From the human T2T-CHM13v2.0 reference genome, Homo sapiens: a stretch of DNA of 64,000 bases. Location of the stretch: NCBI GenBank assembly GCA_009914755.4, contig CP086569.2, positions 61,888,001-61,952,000 of the forward strand. The letters run 5' to 3'. The position numbers were made by a program, and so were the translations under genes. Below, piece by piece: positions 28,020 to 42,019 of this stretch. The notes under the pieces are model-generated. The model searched no databases. It had not been told where the DNA came from and saw nothing but the letters and a program-made list of their open reading frames with translations. Within the stretch, counting starts at the first letter, position 1. Each line of letters begins with the position of its first letter.

Positions 28020-31000
28020 GAGAATCAAATGCAATTGAATCGAATGGAATCGAATGGATTGGAAAGGAATAGAATGGAATGGAATGGAATTGACTCAAAT
28101 GGAATGGACTAGAACGGAATGGAGTCGAAAGGAAGGCAAAGGAATGGAATCTATTGGAATGGACTGTAATGGAATGGCATGGAAGGGATTGGAATGGACT
28201 CGAATGGAAAGGACTGCAATAGAAAGGATTCGAATGGAATGAAAAAGAATTGAATGGAATAGAACAGAATGGAATCAAATCGAATGAAATGGAATGGAAT
28301 AGAAAGGAATGGAATGAAATGGAATGGAAAGGATTCAAATGGAATGCGATCGAATGGAATGCAATCGAATGGAATGGAATCGAACGGAATGGAATAAAAT
28401 GGAAGGAAACTGGCAAGAAATGGAATCGAAATGAATGGAGTGTTATGGAACGGACTCCAAAGCAATTGAATGTAATAGAATGGAGTGGAGTGGACTCGAA
28501 TATAATGGACTGGAATGGAATGGAATCACATGGAATGGGAACGAATGGAATGGAATGGAAAGGAATGGAATCGAATGGAAAGGAATCAAATGGAAGGGAA
28601 TGAAATTGAATCAACAGGAATGGAAGGGAATAGAATAGACTGTAATGGAATGGACTCGAATAGAATGGACACGAATGCTCAAATTGGATGGACTCGAATG
28701 GAATGGAAACGAAAGGAATGTCATCGAATGGAATTGAATCGATTGGAATGAAATGGCATAGAATGGAGTGGAATGAAATGGAATTGAATCGAAAGGAAAG
28801 GAAGCGAATGGACTGAAATGAAATGGAATGGAATTGAATGGAAAGTAATGCAATGGAATAGAATGGAACGAAATTTCACGGAATGGAATCAAACAGAATG
28901 GAATCAAATCAATGGAATATAATCAAATGGAATGGAATGGAATGGAAAGGAATTGAATGGAATAGATTGGATAGGAAGGGATTGGAATGCAATGGAATGG
29001 AAAGGACTCGAATTTCATGAAACGGAATGGAATGAATTGGAATGGAATGGACTCGAATGGAATGGAATGTCATGGAATGGCATCAAATGGAATGGAATCA
29101 AATGGAATGGCATCGAATGCAATGGAATGTTATGGAATGGAATGGAATGTATTGGAATGGAATGTCCTCTAATGGAATGGATTCGAGTGGAATGGAATCG
29201 AATATAATGGAGTCGAATGAAATGGAATTGAAAGGAATGGGATCGAATAGAATGGAATATACTGGAATGTAATGTAATGAAGTCGAATGTAATTGACTGG
29301 AATGGAATGTACATGAATGGAATGTAATCGAATGGAAAGTAATCCAATGAAATAGAATCTAATGCAATAAAACCGACTCAAATGGAATAGAATGTAATGG
29401 AATGGAGTGCAGTGCAATGGAATGGAATGGAATGGAATGCAATGGAGTGGAATGGAATGGAATGGGATGGAATGGTATGGAATGGATAGTAAAGGACTGG
29501 AGTGAAATGGACTGTAAAGGAATGGACTCCAATTGAAAGGGCTCGAAAGGAATGGAGTCAAATGGAATGGTCTGGAATGGAATGAACTCGAATGTAATGC
29601 AATCCAATAGAATGGAATCGAATGGAATGGAATATAAAGAAATGGAATCGACGAGAATGGAAACAGATGGAATGGAATTGAAAGGAATGGAATTGAATGG
29701 AATGGGCACGAATGGAATGAAATTGTATGGAATAGAAGAGAATAGAATGGAATGCAATGGATAAGAAAGGAATGGATTGGAATGGAAGGGAATGTAGTGT
29801 AATGGACTGGCATGGAATAAACTGGAATGCTACGGTCTCAAATGGAATAAAAATGTATGGAATGGAATGCCATGAAATGGAATCGAATGTCATAGAATGT
29901 AATGGAATGCAAATAAATGGACTCCAAAATCATTGACTGGAAAGGCTGGGTGTCGAAAGGAACTGACTCCAATGGAATGGAATCGAATGGAATGGAAGTG
30001 AATAGAATCGAACTAAATCGAATGGAATGGAATTGATAGGAACGGAATGGAAAGGAATGGAATGATTTGGCATGGAATGGAATCGAATGGACTCGAATGG
30101 AATGGAATGGAATGCAATGGAATGGAATGTATTAGAATGTAGTGAACTTTAATGGAATGAACTCGAATGGATTCGACTGGAATGGAATGTTCTGGAAGTG
30201 AATGGACTCCAATGGAATGGATTCAAAAGGAATGGAATCGAAGGGAATGGAATCTAATGGAATGGAATGAAATGGAAAGGAATCCAATCGAATAGCACGG
30301 AATTGAATTGAATGGAATCGAATGCAATGGAATCTAATGAAACGGAAAGGAAAGGAATGCAATGGGCTGGAATGCAATGAAATCGAACTGAAGAGACTGG
30401 AATGGAATGCACTGGCATGGAAGGGAGTTTAATGGAAGGTTCTCGAAAAGACTGGAATCGAATGGAATGGAATTGAATGGAACGGATATAGAGTCAAATG
30501 GAATTGAATGGAAAGGAAAGTAGTAGAGTGAAATGGAATCGAGTCACAAGGAATGGGCAGGAATAGAACGGTCTCGAATTGAATGGAATCGTATGGAATG
30601 GAATGGACAGCCACGGAATGGAATGCACTCGAATGCAATGGACTCGAAACTAATGGACTGGAATCGAATGGACTCGACTGGTACGGACTCCAATGGAATG
30701 GAATCGAATGGAATGGAATTGAACGGAATGGACTCGAAGTGAAAAGACTGCAATGGAAAGTCTCGAATGGAATGGAAATTAATGGAATGGAATGGAATCG
30801 AATGAAATGGAGTCAAAAGGAATGGAATCGAATGGCAAGAAATCGAATGTAATGGAATCTCAAGGAATGGATGTAAACGGAACGGAATGGAATGGAATCA
30901 AAAGGAATGGAATCGAATGGAATGGACTCGAACGGAAATGACTCGCATAGAATGGAATTTAACAAAATAGAATCAAATGTAATGGAATGGAATGGAAAGG

Positions 31001-31507
31001 AATCGAAACGAAAGGAATGGAGACAGATGGAATGGAATGGAACAGAGAGCAATGGTATAGAATGGAATGGAATCATATGGAAGGAATTGAATGGAATGGA
31101 AAAATATGAAATGGAATGGAAAGGAATGGAATGCACTTGAATTAAATGGACTGGAATGGAATGGACTCGAACGGAGTGGAATGGAAAGGATTGAAATAGA
31201 ATGGAATGGACTCCCTTGGAATGGTCTAGTATGCAATGCAAACGACTGGCAGGGAATCAAAAGGAATGTAATCGAATGGATTGGACTGGAACACAATGGA
31301 CTCAAATACATTGGAAACGGAATGCAATGGAATGGAATGGAATAGTATGGAATTGAATGGAAAGGAATGGAGTGGAATGGACTAGAGTGGAATGGAATGG
31401 ACTCGAAAGCAATGGACTGGAATGGAAGGATCTTGAATGGACCAGAATGAAACGGAAAGGAATGCAATGCAAGGCAATCAAATGGAATGGAATAAAAGAG
31501 AATGAAA
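28020..31507 (+). repeat. HOR copy 9 (3488 bp): mosaic copy. It is intermediate to ~28800, domain-1-identical from 28800 to 30200, and domain-2-like from 30200
   Basis: ORFs at 28932-29893 are identical to domain-1 ORFs. Flanking ORFs differ (28054 MELTQ...SRKEGKG; 30132 onward divergent). Confidence 0.85.
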
Positions 31508-34500
31508 GAGAATCAAATGGAATTGAATCAAATGGAATCGAATGGATTGGAAAGGAATAGAATGGAATGGAATGGAATTGACTCAAATGGAATGGACTAG
31601 AATGGAATGAAGTCGAATGGAAGGCAAAGGAATGGAATCTATTTGAATGGACTGTAATAAAATGGCATGGAAGGGATTGGAATGGACTCGAATGGAATGG
31701 ACTGCAATAGAAAGGATTCGAATGGAATGAAAAAGAATTGAATGGAATAGAACAGAATGGAATCAAATCGAATGAAATGGAATGGAATAGAAAGGAATGG
31801 AATGAAATGGAATGGAAAGGAATCGAATGGAATGCAATCGAATGGAATGGAATCGAACGGAATGGAATAAAATGGAAGGAAACTGGCAAGAAATGGAATC
31901 GAAATGAATGGAGTGTTATGGAACGGACTCAAAAGGAATTGAATGTAATAGAATGGAGTGGAGTGGACTCGAATATAATGGACTGGAATGGAATGGAATC
32001 ACATGGAATGGGAACGAATGGAATGGAATGGAAAGGAATGGAATCGAATGGAAAGGAATCGAATGGAAGGGAATGAAATTGAATCAACAGGAATGGAAGG
32101 GAATAGAATAGACGGTAATGGAATGGACTCGAATAGAATGGACACGAATGCTCAAATTGAATGGACTCGAATGGAATGGAAACGAAAGGAATGTCATCGA
32201 ATGGAATTGAATCGATTGGAATGAAATGGCATAGAATGGAGTGGAATGAAATGGAATTGAATCGAAAGGAAAGGAAGCGAATGGACTGAAATGAAATGGA
32301 ATGGAATTGAATGGAAAGTAATGCAATGGAATAGAATGGAACGAAATTTCACGGAATGGAATCAAACAGAATGGAATCAAATCAATGGAATATAATCAAA
32401 TGGAATGGAATGGAATGGAAGGGATTTGAATGGAATAGATTGGATTGGAAGGGATTGGAATGCAATGGAATGGAAAGGACTCGAATTTCATGAAACGGAA
32501 TGGAATGAATTGGAATGGGATGGACTCGAATGGAATGGAATGTCATGGAATGGCATCAAATAGAATGGAATCAAATGGAATGGAATCGAATGCAATGGAA
32601 TGTTATGGAATGGAATGTCCTCTAATGGAATGGATTCGAGTGGAATGGAATCGAATATAATGGAGTGGAATGAAATGGAATTGAAAGGAATGGGATCGAA
32701 TAGAATGGAATATACTGGAATGTAATGTAATGAAGTCGAATGTAATTGACTGGAATGGAATGTACGTGAATGGAATGTAATCGAATGGAAAGTAATCCAA
32801 TGGAATAGAATCTAATGCAATAAAATCGACTCGAATGGAATAGAATATAATGGAATGGAATGCAGTGCAATGGAACGGAATGGAATGGAATGCAATGGAG
32901 TGGAATGGAATGGATTGGAATGGAATGGGATGGAATGGTATGGAATGGATAGTAATGGACTGGAGTGAAATGGACTGGAAAGGAATGGACTCAAATTGAA
33001 AGGGCTCGAAAGGAATGGAGTCAAATGGAATGATCTGTAATGGAATGAACTCGAATGTAATGCAATCCAATAGAATGGAAACAAATGGAATGGAATTGAA
33101 TGGAATGGAATTGAATGGAATGGGAACGAATGGAGTGAAATTGTATGGAATAGAAGGGAATAGAATGGAATGCAAGGGAAAGGAAAGGAATGGATTGGAA
33201 TGGAATGGAATTCATTGGAATGGAAGGGAATGTAGTGTAATGGACAGGCCTGGAATAAACTGGAATGCTACGGTCTCGAATGGAATAAAAATGTATGGAA
33301 TTGAATGCAATGAAACGAATCGAATGTCATAGAAAGTAATGAAATGCAAAAAAAGGACTCCAAAATCATTGACTGGAAAGGCTGGGTGTCGAAAGGAATT
33401 GACTCCAATGGAATGGAATCGAATGGAATGGAAGTGAAGAGAATCGAACTAAATCGAATGGAATGGAATTGATAGGAACGGAATGGAAAGGAGTGGAATG
33501 ATTTGGCATGGAATGGAATGGAATGGCATCGAATGGAATGGAATGGAATGCAATGGAATGGAATGTATTAGAATGTAATGAACTTTAATGGGATGTACTC
33601 GAATGGATTCGACTGGAATGGAATGTTCTGGAAGTGAATGGACTCCAATGGAATGGATTCGAAAGGAATGGAATCGAACGGAATGGAATCTAATGGAATG
33701 GAACTAAATGGAAAGGAATCAAATTGAATAGCACGGAATTGAATTGAATGGAATCGAATGCAATGGAATCTAATGAAACGGAAAGGAAAGGAATGGAATG
33801 GAATGGAATGGGCTGGAATGGAATGGAATCGAAACGAATGGAATGCAATCGAACTGCAGAGACTAGAATGGAATGTACTGGAATGCAAGGGAGTGTAATG
33901 GAAGGTTCTCGAAAAAAATGGAATCGAATGGAATGGAATTGAATGGAACGGAATAGAGTCGAATGGAATTGAATGGAATGGAATGGACTAGAGTGAAATG
34001 GAATCGAGTCACAAGGAATGGACAGGAATAGAATGGCCTCGAATTGAATGGTATCGTATGGAATGGCATCAAACGGAATGGAATGGACAGCCACGGAATG
34101 GAATGCACTCGAATGCAATGGAGTCGAAACTAATGGACTGGAATAGAATGGACTCGACTGGAACGGACTCCAATGGAATGGAATCGAATGGAAGGGAATC
34201 GAACGGAATGGACTCGAAGTGAAAAGACTGCAACGGAAAGGTTTCGAATGGATTGGAAATTAATGGAATGGAATGGAATCGAATGAAATGGAGTCAAAAG
34301 GAATGGAATCGAATGGCAAGGAATCGAATGTAATGGAATCGCAAGGAATGGATGTGAACGGAACGGAATGGAATGGAATCAAAAGGAATGGAATAGAATG
34401 GAATGGAATCGAATGGAAAGGACTCGAATGGAAATCACTTGAATAGAATGAAATTTAATAAAATAGGATCAAATGTAATGGAATGGAATGGAAAGGAATC

Positions 34501-34999
34501 CAAACGAAAGGAATGGAGACAGATGGAATGGAATGGAACAGAGAGCAATGGTATAGAATGGAATGGAATCATCTGGAATGGAATTGAATGGAATGGAATA
34601 ATATGATATGGAATGGAATGGAATGGAATGCCCTTGAATTAAATGGACTGGAGTGGAATGGACTCGAACAGAGTGGAATGTAAAGTGTTGAAATAGAATG
34701 GAATGGACTCCTTTGGAATGGTCTAGTATGCAATGCAATCGACTGGCAGGGAATCAAAAGGAATGTAATCGAATGGATTGGACTGGAATGCAATGGACTC
34801 GAATAGATAGGAAACGGAATGCAAAGGAATGGAATGGAATAGTATGGAATGGAATGGAAAGGAATGGAGTGGAATAGACTAGAGTGGAATGGAATGGACT
34901 TGAAAGCAATGGACTGGAATGGAACTTTCTTGAATGGACTGGAATCAAACGGAATGGAATGCAATGCAATCAAATGGCATGGAATAAAATAGAATGAAA
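31508..34999 (+). repeat. HOR copy 10 (3492 bp), domain 2, subtype A
   Basis: Delimited by the landmark gagaatcaaatgg at 31508 and 35000. Confidence 0.85.
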
Positions 35000-37900
35000 G
35001 AGAATCAAATGGAATTGAATCGAATGGAATCGAATGGATTGGAAAGGAATAGAATGGAATGGAATGGAACTGACTCAAATGGAATGGACTAGAATGGAAT
35101 GGAGTCGAATGGAAGGCAAAGGAATAGAATCTATTGGAATGGACTGTAATGGAATGGAATGGAAGGGATTGGAATGGACTCGAATGGAATGGACTGCAAT
35201 AGAAAGGATTCGAATGGAATGAAAAAGAATTGAATGGAATAGAACAGAATGGAATCAAATCGAATGTAACGGAATGGAATTGAAAGGAATGGAATGAAAC
35301 GGAATGGAAAGGATTCGAATGGAATGCAATCAAATGGAATGGAATCGAACGGAATGGAATAAAATGGAAGAAAACTGGCAAGAAATGGAATCGAAATGAA
35401 TGGAGTGTTATGGAACGGACTCAAAGGGAATTGAATGTAATAGAATGGAGTGGAGTGGACTCGAATATAATGGACTGCAATGGAATGGAATCACATGGAA
35501 TGGGAACGAATGGAATGGAATGGAAAGGAATGGAATCGAATGGAAAGGAATCGAATGGAAGGGAATGAAATTGAATCAACAGGAATGGAAGGGAATAGAA
35601 TAGACTGTAATTGAATGGACTCGAATAGAATGGACACGAATGCTCAAATTTAATGGACTCGTATAGAATGGAAACGAAGGGAATGTCATCGAATGGAATT
35701 GAATCGATTGGAATGAAATCGCATAGAAAGAAGTGGAATCAAATGGAATTGAATCGAAAGCAAAGGAAGCAAATTGACTGAAATGAAATGGAATGGAATT
35801 GAATGGAAAGTAATGCAATGGAATAGAATGGAACGAAATTTCACGGAATGGAATCAAACAGAATGGAATCAAATCAATGGAATATAATCAAATGGAATGG
35901 ATAGGAATTGAATGGAATAGATTGGATTGGAAGGGATTGGAATGCAATGGAATGGGAAGGACTCGAATTTCATGAAACGGAATGGAATGAATTGGAATGG
36001 AATGGACTCGAATGGAATGGAATGTCATGGAATGGCATCAAATGGAATGGCATCAAATGGAATGGAATCGAATGCAATGGAATGTTATGGAATGGAATGG
36101 AATGTATTGGAATGAAATGTGCTCTAATGGAATGGATTCGAGTGGAATGGAATCGAATATAATGGAGTGGAATGAAATGGAATTGAAAGGAATGGGATCA
36201 AATAGAATGGAATATACTGGAATGTAATGTAATGAAGTCGAATGTAATTGACTGGAATGGAATGTACGTGAACGGAATGTATTCGAATGGAAAGTAATCC
36301 AATGGAATAGAATCTAATGCAATAAAATCGACTCGAATGGAATAGAATATAATGGAATGGAATGCTGTGCAATGGAACGGAATGGAATGGAATGCAATGG
36401 AGTGGAATGGAATGGATTGGAATGGAATGGGATGGAATGGTATGGAATGGATAGTAATGGACTGGAGTGAAATGGACTGGAAAGGAATGGACTCAAATTG
36501 AAAAGGCTCGAAAGGAATGGAGTCAAATGGAATGATCTGTAATGGAATGAACTCGAATGTAATGCAATCCAATAGAATGGAAACAAATGGAATGGAATTG
36601 AATGGAATGGAATTGAATGGAATGGGAACGAATGGAGTGAAATTGTATGGAATAGAAGAGAATAGAATGGAATGCAAGGGAAAGGAAAGGAATGGATTGG
36701 AATGGAATGGAATTCATTGGAATGGAAGGGAATGTAGTGTAATGGACAGGCCTGGAATAAACTGGAATGCTACGGTCTCGAATGGAATAAAAATGTATGG
36801 AATGGAATGCAATGAAACGAATCGAATGTCATAGAATGTAATGGAATGCAAAAAAATGGACTCCAAAATCATTGACTGGAAAGGCTTGGTGTCGAAAGGA
36901 ATTGACTCCAATGGAATGGAATCGAATGTAATGGAAGTGAATAGAATCGAACTAAATCGAATGGAATGGAATTGATAGGAACGGAATGGAAAGGAATGGA
37001 ATGATTTGGCATGGAATGGAATCGAATGGAATCGAATGGAATGGAATGGAATGCAATGGAATGGAATGTATTAGAATGTAATGAAATCTAATGGGATGTA
37101 CTCGAATGGATTCGACTGGAATGGAATGTTCTGGAAGTGAATGGACTCCAATGGAATGGATTCGAAAGGAATGGAATCGAACGGAATGGAATCTAATGGA
37201 ATGGAATTAAATGGAAAGGAATCAAATTGAATAGCACGGAATTGAATTGAATGGAATCGAATGCAATGGAATCTAATGAAACGGAAAGGAAAGGAATGGA
37301 ATGGAATGGAATGGGCTGGAATGGAATGGAATCGAAACGAATGGAATGGAATCGAACTGCAGAGACTGGAATGGAATGTACTGGAATGCAAGGGAGTGTA
37401 ATGGAAGGTTCTCGAAAAGAATGGAATCGAATGGAATGGAATTGAATGGAACGGAATAGAGTCGAATGGAATTGAATGGAATGGAATTGACTAGAGTGAA
37501 ATGGAATCGAGTCACAAGGAATGGACAGGAATAGAATGGTCTCGAATTGAATGGAATCGTATGGAATGGCATCAAACGGAATGGAATGGACAGCCACGTA
37601 ATGGAAAGCACTCGAATGCAATGGAGTCGAAACTAATGGACTGGAATAGAATGGACTCGACTGGTACGGACTCCAATGGAATGGAATGGAATGGAAGGGA
37701 ATCGAACGGAATGGACTCGAAGTGAAAAGATTGCAACGGAAAGGTTTCGAATGGAATGGAAATTAATGGAATGGAATGGAATCGAATGAAATGGAGTCAA
37801 AAGGAATGGAATCGAATGGCAAGGAATCGAATGTAATGGAATCGCAAGGAATGGATGTGAACGGAACGGAATGGAATGGAATCAAAAGGAATGGAATAGA

Positions 37901-38507
37901 ATGGAATGGAATCGAATGGAAAGGACTCGAATGGAAATCACTTGAATAGAATGCAATTTAATAAAATAGGATCAAATGTAATGGAATGGAATGGAAAGGA
38001 ATCGAAACGAAAGGAAAGGAGACAGATGGAATGGAATGGAACAGAGAGCAATGGTATAGAATGGAATGGAATCATCTGGAATGGAATTGAATGGAATGGA
38101 ATAATATGATATGGAATGGAATGGAACGGAATGCCCTTGAATTAAATGGACTGGAATGGAATGGACTCGAACAGAGTGGAATGGAAAGTGTTGAAATAGA
38201 ATGGAATGGACTCCTTTGGAATGGTCTAGTATGCAATGCAATCGACTGGCAGGGAATCAAAAGGAATGTAATCGAATGGATTGGACTGGAATGCAATGGA
38301 CTCGAATAGATAGGAAACGGAATGCAAAGGAATGGAATGGAATAGTATGGAATGGAATGGAATGGAAAGGAATGGAGTGAAATAGACTAGAGTGGAATGG
38401 AATGGACTCGAAAGCAATGGACTGGAATGGAACTTTCTTGAATGGACTGGAATCAAACGGAATGGAATGCAATGCAATCAAATGGCATGGAATAAAATAG
38501 AATGAAA
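35000..38507 (+). repeat. HOR copy 11 (3508 bp), domain 2, subtype A
   Basis: Delimited by the landmark at 35000 and 38508. Confidence 0.85.
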
Positions 38508-41500
38508 GAGAATCAAATGGAATTGAATCGAATGGAATCGAATGGATTGGAAAGGAATAGAATGGAATGGAATGGAACTGACACAAATGGAATTGACTAG
38601 AATGAAATGGAGTCGAATGGAAGGCAAAGGAATAGAACCTATTGGAATGGACTGTAATGGAATGGAATGGAAGGGATTGGAATGGACTCGAATGGAATGG
38701 ACTGCAATAGAAAGGATTCGAATGGAATGAAAAAGAATTGAATGAAATAGAACAGAATGGAATCAAATCGAATGTAACGGAATGGAATTGAAAGGAATGG
38801 AATGAAATGGAATGGAAAGGATTCGAATGGAATGCAATCGAAGGGAATGCAATCGGATGGAATGGAATCGAACGGAATGGAATAAAATGGAAGAAAACTG
38901 GCAAGAAATGGAATCGAAATGAATGGAGTGTTATGGAACGGACTCAAAAGGAATTGAATGTAATAGAATGGAGTGGAGTGGACTCGAATATTATGGACTG
39001 GAATGGAATGGAATCACATGGAATGGGAACGAATGGAATGGAATGGAAAGGAATGGAATCGAATGGAAAGGAATCGAATGGAAGGGAATGAAATTGAATC
39101 AACAGGAATGGAAGGGAATAGAATAGACTGTAATGGAATGGACTCGAATAGAATGGACACGAATGCTCAAATTGAATGGACTCGTATAGAATGGAAACGA
39201 AAGGAATGTCATCGAATGGAATTGAATCGATTGGAATGAAATGGCATAGAATGGAGTGGAATGAAATGGAATTGAATCGAAAGCAAAGGAAGCGAATGGA
39301 CTGAAATGAAATGGAATGGAATTGAATGGAAAGTAATGCAATGGAATGGAATGGAACGAAATTTCACGGAATGGAATCAAACAGAATGGAATCAAATCAA
39401 TGGAATATAATCAAATGGAATGGATAGGAATTAAAAGGAATAGATTTGATTGGAAGGGATTGGAATGCAATGGAATGGGAAGGACTCGAATTTCATGAAA
39501 CGGAATGGAATGGACTCGAATGGAATGGAATGTCTTGGAATGGCATCAAATGGAATGGCATCAAATGGAATGGAATCGAATGCAATGGAATGTTATGGAA
39601 TGAAATGGGATGCATTGGAATGAAATGTCCTCTAATGGAATGGATTCGAGTGGAATGGAATCGAATATAATGGAGTAGAATGAAATGGAATTGAAAGGAA
39701 TGGGATCGAATAGAATGGAATATACTGGAATGTAATGTAATGAAGTCGAATGTAATTGACTGGAATGGAATGTACGTGAATGGAATGGAATCGAATGGAA
39801 AGTAAGCCAATGGAATAGAATCTAATGCAATAAAATCGACTTGAATGGAATAGAATGGAATGGAATGGAATACAGTGCAGTGGAACGGAATGGAATGGAA
39901 TGAAATGGAGTGGAATGGAATGGAATGGAATGGAATGGGATGGAATGGTATGGAATGGATAGGAATGGACTGGAGTGAAATGGACTGGAAAGGAATGGAC
40001 TCAAATTGAAAGGGCTCGAAAGGAATGGAGTCAAATGGAATGATCTGAAATGGAATGAACTCGAATGTAATACAATCCAATAGAATGGAAACAAATGAAA
40101 TGGAATTGAATGGAATGGAATTGAATGGAATGGGAACGAATGGAGTGAAATTGTATGGAATAGAAGAGAATGGAATGGAATGCAAGGGAAAGGAAAGGAA
40201 TGGATTGGAATGGAATGGTTCATTGGAATGGAAGGGAATGTAGTGTAATGGACAGGCCTGGAATAAACTGGAATGCTACGGTCTGGAATGGAATAAAAAT
40301 GTATGGAATGGAATGCAATGAAACAGAATCGAATGTCATAGAATGTAATGGAATGCAAAAAAATGGACTCCAAAATCATTGACTGGAAAGGCTGGGTGTC
40401 GAAAGGAATTGACTCCAATGGAATGGAATCGAATGGAATGGAAGTGAATAGAATCGAACTAAATCGAATGGAATGGAATTGATAGGAACGGAATGGAAAG
40501 GAATGGAATGATTTGGCATGGAATGGAATCGAATGGCATCGAATGGAATGGAATGGAATGCAATGGAATGGAATGTATTAGAATGTAATGAACTTTAATG
40601 GGATGTACTCGAATGGATTCGACTGGAATGGAATGTTCTGGAAGTGAATGGACTCCAATGGAATGGATTCGAAAGGAATGGAATCGAACGGAATGGAATC
40701 TAATGGAATGGAATTAAATGGAAAGGAATCAAATGGAATAGCACGGAATTGAATTGAATGGAATCGAATGCAATGGAATCTAATGAAACGGAAAGGAAAG
40801 GAATGGAATGGAATGGAATGGGCTGGAATGGAATGGAATCGAAACGAATGGAATGGAATCGAACTGCAGAGACTGCCATGGAATGTACTGGAATGCAAGG
40901 GAGAGTAATGGAAGGTTCTCGAAAAGAATGGAATCGAATGGAATGGAATTGAATGGAACAGAACAGAGTCAAATGGAACTGAATGGAACGGAATGGACTA
41001 GAGTGAAATGGAATCGAGTCACAAGGAATGGACAGGAATAGAATGGTCTCGAATTGAATGGAATCGTATGGAATGGCATCAAACGGAATGGAATGGACAG
41101 CCACGGAATGGAATGCACTCGAATGCAATGGAGTCGAAACTATTGGACTGGAATAGAATGGACTCGACTGGTACGGACTCCAATGGAATGGAATGGAATG
41201 GAAGGGAATCGAACGGAATGGACTCGAAGTGAAAAGACTGCAACGGAAAGGTTTCGAATGGAATGGAAATTAATGGAATGGAATGGAATCGAATGAAATG
41301 GAGTCAAAAGGAATGGAATCGAATGGCAAGGAATCGAATGTAATGGAATCGCAAGGAATGGATGTGAACGGAACGGAATGGAATGGAATCAAAAGGAATA
41401 GAATAGAATGGAATGGAATCGAATGGAAAGGACTCGAATGGAAATCACTTGAATAGAATGAAATTTAATAAAATAGGATCAAATGTAATGGAATGGAATG

Positions 41501-42019
41501 GAAAGGAATCGAAACGAAAGGAATGGAGACAGATGGAATGGAATGGAACAGAGAGCAATGGTATAGAATGGAATGGAATCATCTGGAATGGAATTGAATG
41601 GAATGGAATAATATGATATGGAATGGAATGGAACGGAATGCCCTTGAATTAAATGGACTGGAATGGAATGGACTCGAACACAGTGGAATGGAAAGTGTTG
41701 AAATAGAATGGAATGGACTCCTTTGGAATGGTCTAGTATGCAAGGCAATCGACTGGCAGGGAATCAAAAGGAATGTAATCGAATGGATTGGACTGGAATG
41801 CAATGGACTCGAATAGATAGGAAACGGAATGCAAAGGAATGGAATGGAATAGTATGGAATGGAATGGAATGGAATGGAAAGGAATGGAGTGAAATAGACT
41901 AGAGTGGAATGGAATGGACTCGAAAGCAATGGACTGGAATGGAACTTTCTTGAATGGACTGGAATCAAACGGAATGGAATGCAATGCAATCAAATGGCAT
42001 GGAATAAAATAGAATGAAA
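38508..42019 (+). repeat. HOR copy 12 (3512 bp), domain 2, subtype A
   Basis: Delimited by the landmark at 38508 and 42020. A 15 bp pentamer-multiple deletion near 42310 is compensated by extra ggaat pentamers near 41860. Confidence 0.85.

Larger units (their letters stand above)
25991..30200. repeat. Transition / mosaic zone between the homogeneous domain 1 and the divergent domain 2 (second half of HOR copy 8 plus most of copy 9)
   Basis: Substitutions relative to the domain-1 consensus first appear at ~25996 (ggaatggcctgg vs ggaatggtctgg), 26042 and 26077. Indels follow at 27111-27130 and 27180-27219. Positions 28020-28800 are about 1% diverged. Positions 28800-30200 are again identical to domain 1. 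Divergence resumes at ~30207 (ggactcc vs ggactgc). Confidence 0.85.

Noticed and set aside
25991-30200. The transition zone as an assembly artefact (collapsed or mis-joined satellite)
   Set aside because: This cannot be excluded from sequence alone. However, the junction shows graded and mosaic divergence with clean pentamer phase and intact HOR segment order. It does not show an abrupt chimeric join. The region is retained as a biological boundary, to be confirmed with long-read coverage.
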